DNA of 64,000 bases, taken from IMG/VR virus record IMGVR_UViG_3300043786_000977, positions 62,001-126,000 of that record. One strand, given 5' to 3'. Of the stretch, positions 58,421-64,000 are shown in pieces. Within the stretch, counting starts at the first letter, position 1, and each line of letters opens with the position of its first letter. Under the pieces are notes generated by a model. That model saw nothing but the letters and a program-made list of their open reading frames with translations. It was not told the origin of the DNA and made no database searches. The position numbers and the translations under genes were made by a program.

Positions 58421-59467
58421 ATGGCAAGTATAATGAATGAAGCATTGTCGGAAGCTCTCCAAATCGCTGCGGCTGAAGGTCGGAAACTCCGCCTCCCGCC
58501 AGCAGTCAAGGTGGTCGAACGCCCACCAGAAGAAGATCACCGCCTGGTCCTCGCCATGGTGCGCACGCACCGCAAGGCCCACTTACGCGGCCAGATGACC
58601 ATCAGTGCCCGGGAACGGGTATCAGGTGACATTATCCTCGGGCCGTACAGCAATCGGCGGGAGACCCCGACGGAAGAGGGGCTGGACCTGCTTATGCAGG
58701 CGCACCGCTGGGTACTCAATCCCATTCACATGGGTGACGGTAACCGGCGCCCCCTGTACACGATTGTCGGGCCGCCAACCATCACTTTGATGCATCGTAT
58801 CGAGACGCATTGCGATGAGACCGGCTGCGGGAACACGGACCGGGAGTGGAAAGACATCGTCATCATGCGTTCGAGGGATGAGTCAAATCCTCATGAACGT
58901 GTCAATGGCTGGTCACCTGACCTGTATACGCCCTGCAAAAAGTGTGGAAGGCCCGTAAGCCAGCGGAAACTGTGGTGCACGGCGATTCGTAGCCGGCCGG
59001 ACAGTCAGGACGATCCCGTCGTTTTAGAGAAGGATGCGGCGGCCGTCACACGCACATTCCTGGAAGCCTGGAAGCAAGGGCCTCCAGCAGATGGTCAGCC
59101 CACCCTAGGCCTACCTCGGATCTGGGCTGTGTATCGTAAGGACGATGTGCCTGATCAGAGCTGGCAACCATCGGACGCACGGGCGGCCGCTTTGGTTGAG
59201 AAGGCTGCCACGTTCCAGAAGAAGATCGAAAACGGTGGCGTGGTGTCGTATCAGTCATACCCACTCGGTATACTGCCGTATGCTGTCGCCAAACAGTTCC
59301 ATCAAGCGCCCGAGCCTCAATCGAAAGAGATTCGGGAGTGGTGGCTGGAAAACGATACGGCAAGCATCGGATGGGTTCGGCGCTCTGACCTCTTCCCGAA
59401 CGAGAACATGGGATGGCGCCGGCGTCTCTGGCACGACAACAGACAGACGACCGAACTGTTAGTCTGA
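58421..59467 (+). CDS. Hypothetical protein with Zn ribbon
   Basis: AAGGAG RBS; CDETGC...CKKC. Confidence 0.65.
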   Translation: MASIMNEALSEALQIAAAEGRKLRLPPAVKVVERPPEEDHRLVLAMVRTHRKAHLRGQMTISARERVSGDIILGPYSNRRETPTEEGLDLLMQAHRWVLNPIHMGDGNRRPLYTIVGPPTITLMHRIETHCDETGCGNTDREWKDIVIMRSRDESNPHERVNGWSPDLYTPCKKCGRPVSQRKLWCTAIRSRPDSQDDPVVLEKDAAAVTRTFLEAWKQGPPADGQPTLGLPRIWAVYRKDDVPDQSWQPSDARAAALVEKAATFQKKIENGGVVSYQSYPLGILPYAVAKQFHQAPEPQSKEIREWWLENDTASIGWVRRSDLFPNENMGWRRRLWHDNRQTTELLV

Positions 59468-59477
59468 CACCAGCAGC

Positions 59478-59723
59478 GTGGTGTAAAAAAATAGCGTTTG
59501 CACTATTTCACCTTCACTAGGACGGTGGTGTAAAAAATTAGTGCAAACGCTATTTCACCTAGACCATGCCCGTGGTATAGGTAAAATAGGTACATGAGGT
59601 AGTACGGGCTGTCTCAGTATGCTGAAAAGACTAGAAGTGTGGTGTTAAAAATTAGTCATAGGTACGGGTGCTGTAGTCGTAATAGGCTGTGGTTACAACG
59701 ATTTATACTAATTTTCAACACTA
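59478..59723. repeat. Direct/inverted repeat cluster (possible origin or operator region)
   Basis: 35-bp units at 59478 and 59525; third partial copy at 59639; inverted copy at 59707. Confidence 0.8.
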
Positions 59724-59752
59724 ACACCATGGTCATAGTGTGCTTGAGCTAA

Positions 59753-60067
59753 GTGACTACCGAGGTGGATTCTGTGAGTAGACCTAAGAAAACGAAAGTG
59801 ATAGGATTTGGTAGATTCCTTAAGGACAAACGTATTCACTGTGGTATGTCACAATACGCTATAGCAGCATCTTTGGGTGTTACTGTACGTAGTGTAAGAT
59901 ACTGGGAATACGACAGTAAGGTACCTTCTGTAGAACATAGACAACGTCTAGAAGAGTTTCTACAGTTTACCTTACCTGACTCTATTCAAGCTACTAGGTT
60001 ACTACGTGGCTTGCCTGTACAATCTCAACCCTTTTTCACAGACCTAAACCAGGAGGAAGACGGATGA
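59753..60067 (+). CDS. XRE-family HTH regulator
   Basis: FG.FLKDKR...GMSQ..IA..LGVT..SV..WE....VP. Confidence 0.85.
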   Translation: MTTEVDSVSRPKKTKVIGFGRFLKDKRIHCGMSQYAIAASLGVTVRSVRYWEYDSKVPSVEHRQRLEEFLQFTLPDSIQATRLLRGLPVQSQPFFTDLNQEEDG

Positions 60068-60858
60068 GTATGCTGCCTAAAGTTGAATGTCCCGAGTGTC
60101 ACGGACTGTTCGATCCCAGGGGTCTCGGACCTCACATGAAGAAGCACGGCATCACTGCCAGTGTCACTGTAACACGAGCCGGCTGGTCGGATGATCAGCT
60201 GAACAGTATCGCAACTGAATTCGTGTTGCTGCGTATGGATCAACCGTTGGCTGACGCCCACGAGTTGTTACAGACGGCCGTGAACAAAGCACTACCTCCG
60301 GCAGAGGTACGGCCGGTGCGTATGACGTCTGGGTTGATCGACGCGGTCACTAAGGCGTGGCAGACGCTTAACGATAACACGGTCGAGGTACCGATTGTCG
60401 TCGAGCGCCAGGTACCGCCCCCGCCCTTCAACTACCGAGTCGAGTTGAGCAAGATTCCCTTTGAGGATTTGCTGCAGGTGTTTGGGGCCCGCATGGGCGC
60501 CATCATCGATCACATGGGTACGTCGAGAGCGGTCATCGAATCTTATGCGAAACCGAAGGTTGTTGAACCGACGCGGCCACGCAAGCCGCGGGTTGCGATC
60601 ATCGGTTTGTTGTCTGATCAACAACAGGCTATCAGCGCGTCTGCTGAGGCTGGCGATTTCGATCTGCGCTTCATCAACAAGGAGCGTGCCAACCAGTCTA
60701 TCAATTCGGCCGTAGATTGGATTGTCGTGCAGAAACACACTGCACACGGATGGTGGAACAGCGCCCGCGACAAGATCGGAGCTGACCGCGTACTATTCGC
60801 GGCCGGCGGTATCTCGTCGGTGTTGGAGTGTCTGCGTAATGTGAAGAGCCGTGCATAA
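60064..60858 (+). CDS. Protein with N-terminal C2H2 finger and C-terminal DUF2325-like domain
   Basis: CPEC......GLGPHMKKH; VAIIGLL...AH...GGISS. Confidence 0.65.
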   Translation: MSMLPKVECPECHGLFDPRGLGPHMKKHGITASVTVTRAGWSDDQLNSIATEFVLLRMDQPLADAHELLQTAVNKALPPAEVRPVRMTSGLIDAVTKAWQTLNDNTVEVPIVVERQVPPPPFNYRVELSKIPFEDLLQVFGARMGAIIDHMGTSRAVIESYAKPKVVEPTRPRKPRVAIIGLLSDQQQAISASAEAGDFDLRFINKERANQSINSAVDWIVVQKHTAHGWWNSARDKIGADRVLFAAGGISSVLECLRNVKSRA

Positions 60859-60864
60859 AACGAC

Positions 60865-60893
60865 TTGTGCCCCAGCAGCGCATGTCGTATAGT
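60865..60893 (+). promoter_or_regulatory. sigma70 promoter of the tRNA/ncRNA operon
   Basis: TTGTGC-N17-TATAGT, 12 nt before the tRNA. Confidence 0.65.
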
Positions 60894-60905
60894 CAACTAA
60901 TTCAG

Positions 60906-60981
60906 AGTCGGGTAACTCAGCTGGGAGAGTGCCAGGTCTACACCCTGGATGTCGCAGGTTCAATCCCTGTCCCGACTACCA
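60906..60981 (+). tRNA. tRNA-Val(TAC), with C at position 33
   Basis: Acceptor AGTCGGG/CCCGACT, A73, encoded CCA; anticodon arm CCAGG-TCTACAC-CCTGG; T-arm GCAGG-TTCAATC-CCTGT. Confidence 0.9.
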
Positions 60982-60983
60982 TT

Positions 60984-61177
60984 TTTGAAGTCAAGGCTAG
61001 TGCAGTAGCCGGTAAGGAAAGGTAATGCCACAAGGCAAATTCCTCAGCAGGTGGTCGTCATACCCAGTCAACAACCGCAAGGTTTCCAAGACTGCATTTT
61101 CTTGGTAGTTGGCGGATTGCCGGTAGTGCTAAGAGCGACCTGGTTGTATGGGTGGGGAATCCATACTTGATTTCAAA
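60984..61177 (+). ncRNA. Candidate ~195-nt multi-branched RNA with kissing loops
   Basis: 12-bp closing stem, at least six internal helices, complementary loops GTGCAG/CTGCAT. Confidence 0.7.
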
Positions 61178-61184
61178 TTTCTAT

Positions 61185-61269
61185 TGCGGGGTGTCGAGAA
61201 GTTGGTATCTCAGCAGGCTCATAACCTGCCGCGTAAGCCTCGTGGGTTCAAGTCCCACCCCCGCAACCA
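61185..61269 (+). tRNA. tRNA-Met(CAT), initiator-like but atypical
   Basis: TGCGGGG/CCCCGCA-A-CCA; GCAGG-CTCATAA-CCTGC; GTGGG-TTCAAGT-CCCAC; 12-nt variable region. Confidence 0.88.
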
Positions 61270-61276
61270 TCTTACT

Positions 61277-61359
61277 TGGGCGGTAAATTACAGGTAAGTG
61301 TTCAACGCCCGGATACACATGACCCCGGGTACAGATAGAACACTATATCTGGCCGCCCA
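61277..61359 (+). ncRNA. Candidate rod-shaped RNA
   Basis: Four nested helices: TGGGCGGT/GCCGCCCA, CAGGTA/TATCTG, AGTGTTC/GAACACT, CCCGG/CCGGG. Confidence 0.45.
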
Positions 61360-61385
61360 TCTATTTTTACAACAAGGAGAGTCTG

Positions 61386-61715
61386 ATGGCGACATATCGT
61401 TACGTTGCGCGTTCGAGTTATGGTAATCGGTGGGAAGGCCAGCTAACTGCACGTAGTTCCGAATCTGTTGCAGCTGCATTAACCACTGCAGGTTGGATCC
61501 CACTTTCAATCGTTATGGTGTCACGCACTAACGCGCCCGACGTACCTAGTACACTGACAGTTACGCCTCCTACATCCTCCACTGATGCACGCGTCCGTCC
61601 ACAGCGCCCGACCAGTGGTGGTTGGTCAACTGAACAACCTACCTGGTTTGATAAACTGTGTGCGCGCTTGCGCCACATATTCCTGGTCGATAAGTCTAAC
61701 AAGCAACTCATGTGA
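61386..61715 (+). CDS. Small protein with PilC/GspF N-terminal-like domain
   Basis: MATYRYVARSSYGNRWEGQLTARSSESVAAALTTAGWIPLSI; AAGGAG RBS. Confidence 0.7.
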   Translation: MATYRYVARSSYGNRWEGQLTARSSESVAAALTTAGWIPLSIVMVSRTNAPDVPSTLTVTPPTSSTDARVRPQRPTSGGWSTEQPTWFDKLCARLRHIFLVDKSNKQLM

Positions 61716-61724
61716 AAGGTTAGT

Positions 61725-62012
61725 ATGTCTGCAGAGGCGATAGCGAACAGTATACTTGCTGGTAGATTTACGGATCAACTGGCCGCCGTTGAGGCCGTGT
61801 TGATGTATTTCTACAACGTAGACCCTGTAGCTCAGATCAAAGGGTTATTCGACAATCCTGCACCGTCGTATATCGCCCAGTGGTCCCATCTCTACCGACA
61901 GGGTTTGACTGAGTGGTGGGGTCATCTTGACGTGGAACACAAACGTGCCTACGTCAGCGCGGCCCTAGATCGTTATGGTGCAGAAGCATACAAGCGCATA
62001 GGTGTTGCATGA
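61725..62012 (+). CDS. Hypothetical protein
   Basis: AAGGT RBS; ATGA overlap downstream. Confidence 0.6.
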   Translation: MSAEAIANSILAGRFTDQLAAVEAVLMYFYNVDPVAQIKGLFDNPAPSYIAQWSHLYRQGLTEWWGHLDVEHKRAYVSAALDRYGAEAYKRIGVA

Positions 62013-63058
62013 AGTTCTTATTTTCTGGGGCTAAAGAGCTACTCACGTCGGCCGTTGTGCCAGAAGACGTATTCGGTCCCGCCCTTGATGAAGTTGAGAG
62101 TGCTTACCGTGCACTAGCAATGGTCACACATCCGGATAAGCACAAAGGCTCTGCCAAGGCCGCGGATGCGTTCCAACTCCTACAGACTTGGAAAGCCAAA
62201 GCTGATACCAAGATAGCCAACGGTACCTACGGAGATCGTAACGCTCAAGCCGCGGTCACGATCACACACGGAAAGCACACCTACGTGGTGACTAACCGTA
62301 TCGACTCGGGTGACCTCGCTGAAGTGTACGGCGGCGTGGATGCTGCGAAGAAGCCCATCATCATCAAGGTTGTGCGTTCGCCTGCCAATAATGACCTGCT
62401 TGTCAATGAGGCCAAGGTGCTGGAGGACATTCATGAACAGGCTGAAACTGCCGAGTCTGTGCTTCTGGTGCATTTGCCTAAACTGGTATCCGCGTTCCAA
62501 CTCGTTGAGGGTGCGGCACGCCGTCAGGTGAATATCTTCGAGGTGATTCCGGACACCTGTACGCTGGCGGATGTCATCAAGGCCTATCCTGAGGGTATCG
62601 ATCCCCGTGACGTGGCGTGGATGTTCAACCGTATTCTAGGCGGTTTGGTCCTGACACACAAATGTGGCTACGTGCACGGCGCACTGACACCAGACCATAT
62701 ACTGATCGTACCCGAGACGCATAACGGTATACTGATCGATTGGAGCTACTCGGTGCCGGTCGGCGAGAAGATCAAGGCCATATCACCAAAGTGGAAAGGT
62801 TACTATCCTGCTGAAGTACTGACGGGACATCCGTCAACCTTTGGTGTGGATCTGTACATGGCGGCACGTTGTGCCTCTGCGCTACTCGGTACACAACCGC
62901 GTCCGCGCTTGTTAGCTGGTTTTCTACGTGCGTGTTTGTTGGGTCCGCGGCATAGACCGCAGAACGCCCACGAGACGTTCGTAGAATTCAGAGAGTTGTT
63001 GGCTACCCTGTTTGGTAAGCCGACGTTTCGTAGGTTCACATTATCAACAACAAAGTAG
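62009..63058 (+). CDS. J-domain plus protein-kinase-like (pseudokinase) fusion
   Basis: YRALA...HPDK...AFQ.L J-domain; GDLAEVY, IIKV, NE, HGALTPDHI, IDWS kinase fold. Confidence 0.85.
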   Translation: MKFLFSGAKELLTSAVVPEDVFGPALDEVESAYRALAMVTHPDKHKGSAKAADAFQLLQTWKAKADTKIANGTYGDRNAQAAVTITHGKHTYVVTNRIDSGDLAEVYGGVDAAKKPIIIKVVRSPANNDLLVNEAKVLEDIHEQAETAESVLLVHLPKLVSAFQLVEGAARRQVNIFEVIPDTCTLADVIKAYPEGIDPRDVAWMFNRILGGLVLTHKCGYVHGALTPDHILIVPETHNGILIDWSYSVPVGEKIKAISPKWKGYYPAEVLTGHPSTFGVDLYMAARCASALLGTQPRPRLLAGFLRACLLGPRHRPQNAHETFVEFRELLATLFGKPTFRRFTLSTTK

Positions 63059-63063
63059 GGAGA

Positions 63064-63297
63064 ATGACTATGGGCGCTGCAGCACATGACGATTCCGCAG
63101 AAGTGAAGAATGTTGCGATTCCGGTGCCTCTGGCACCACAACCGGCGGAGACCCCCGTGGCTCCGGTTCCCTCCTGTGGGTCAGTGGCATGTCAGTGTCG
63201 TCCGCAGGACATGACCATCAAGGATGTGCTCACCGAGATACGTGAGCGCCTGATGTCCATTATCAGTGACATCAACGACGAGTTGGCGGCACTGTAA
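63064..63297 (+). CDS. Small hypothetical protein
   Basis: GGGAG RBS. Confidence 0.55.
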   Translation: MTMGAAAHDDSAEVKNVAIPVPLAPQPAETPVAPVPSCGSVACQCRPQDMTIKDVLTEIRERLMSIISDINDELAAL

Positions 63298-63324
63298 CAA
63301 TCACAACGAATACGGAGGACTACT

Positions 63325-64000
63325 ATGGGTGGTGGATCTTATAGCGACGCAGCCTATACGGCACGTTCAGTGCATCACGCGAAGACGGGCACGAGTTTCT
63401 TCAAGCACGACGCCGACATACGATCGGGCCATGTCGCCGCCACGGTGCACGCATCTCTGGATCCCGCGGGTCTGAATAAGGCCGGCGTGAAGATCCGGGA
63501 GAGCCGTGATAGCGACGAACATCCGAACAGTCGGGCCGTCGCCGTCATTTTTGACGAGACCGGCAGTATGAGTGAGGTACCGGGTGTCTTCAAGGACGCC
63601 TTGCCTAAACTCATGGCGTTGCTCGTGAAGAAGGGTTATCTGGCAGATCCACATGTTCTGTTGGGTGCCGTCGGCGATGCCTATTCCGACCGTGTGCCCC
63701 TACAGATCGGCCAGTTCGAGTCGGGTAACGAGATGGACGAGGCGTTGGCCAACATCTACCTGGAGGGTAACGGCGGTGGTCAGCAGCACGAGTCGTACGC
63801 GTTGGCGATGTACTTCATGGCCAAGTATACGGCGATGGACTGCCTGGAGAAGCGCGGACAGAAGGGCTACTTGTTCATGTCGGGTGATGAACTGCCCTAC
63901 GGTCTGGGTGTATACCGAAACCTTCCTGCCGTCGAGAAAGCCCAGGTGAAGCGCCTCATTGGAGACGATATCCAGGGTGATCTGACGTTCGACGAGGTTT
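63325..64000 (+). CDS. von Willebrand factor A domain protein, 3'-truncated, not in ORF track
   Basis: GGAGG RBS; MGGGSYS...RESRDSDEHP...FDETGSM (MIDAS-like), GQFE, EGNGGG..HESY, GDE; frame open to the window end. Confidence 0.88.
   Translation, partial: MGGGSYSDAAYTARSVHHAKTGTSFFKHDADIRSGHVAATVHASLDPAGLNKAGVKIRESRDSDEHPNSRAVAVIFDETGSMSEVPGVFKDALPKLMALLVKKGYLADPHVLLGAVGDAYSDRVPLQIGQFESGNEMDEALANIYLEGNGGGQQHESYALAMYFMAKYTAMDCLEKRGQKGYLFMSGDELPYGLGVYRNLPAVEKAQVKRLIGDDIQGDLTFDEV

Noticed and set aside
59478-59723. CRISPR array for the RAMP protein
   Set aside because: Only two full units, with a 12-nt gap and an internal flipped core; no series of unique 25-45-nt spacers
60932-60948. Amber suppressor tRNA (CTA) and a recoded genome
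   Set aside because: The 5-bp stem centres TAC in a 7-nt loop and A73 fits Val; TAG ends intact genes (helicase, polymerase, recombinase, ligase) and conserved genes are not fragmented
60984-61177. RNase P RNA, SRP RNA or tmRNA
   Set aside because: Lacks the GAGGAAAGUCC core, the SRP domain IV motif and tRNA-like ends with a tag ORF

Overview
This window is a gene-dense segment of a large (probably jumbo-type) lytic dsDNA bacteriophage genome using the standard genetic code, with nearly all genes on the + strand. From left to right it holds: signal-peptide-bearing fibre/adhesin-like proteins; a lone minus-strand terminase large subunit; and a long DNA metabolism block (ThyX, RNase H, Mre11/Rad50, SF2 helicase, DnaB-like helicase, primase, UDG-domain-fused family A polymerase, probable SSB, RecA-like recombinase, DUF5664-type dNTPase, two HhH glycosylase-fold paralogs, ligase, dCMP deaminase, nucleoside deoxyribosyltransferase, RuvC-like resolvase). 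It also carries three free-standing endonucleases, three glycosyltransferase-like genes, a Gp88-like protein, a palindrome-rich intergenic region before an XRE regulator, two atypical tRNAs, and a J-domain pseudokinase plus vWA module. The most notable signals are: (1) an orphan Cas7/RAMP-like protein with its own promoter at the head of the helicase-primase-polymerase operon, with no CRISPR array in the window; (2) several unexplained structured non-coding elements, including a ~195-nt kissing-loop RNA between the tRNAs and a ~110-nt pseudoknot; (3) a small protein resembling the PilC/GspF N-terminus; (4) a direct repeat whose 8-bp core is flipped between copies. All family assignments come from motif recognition by eye. 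No database search or folding program was run.
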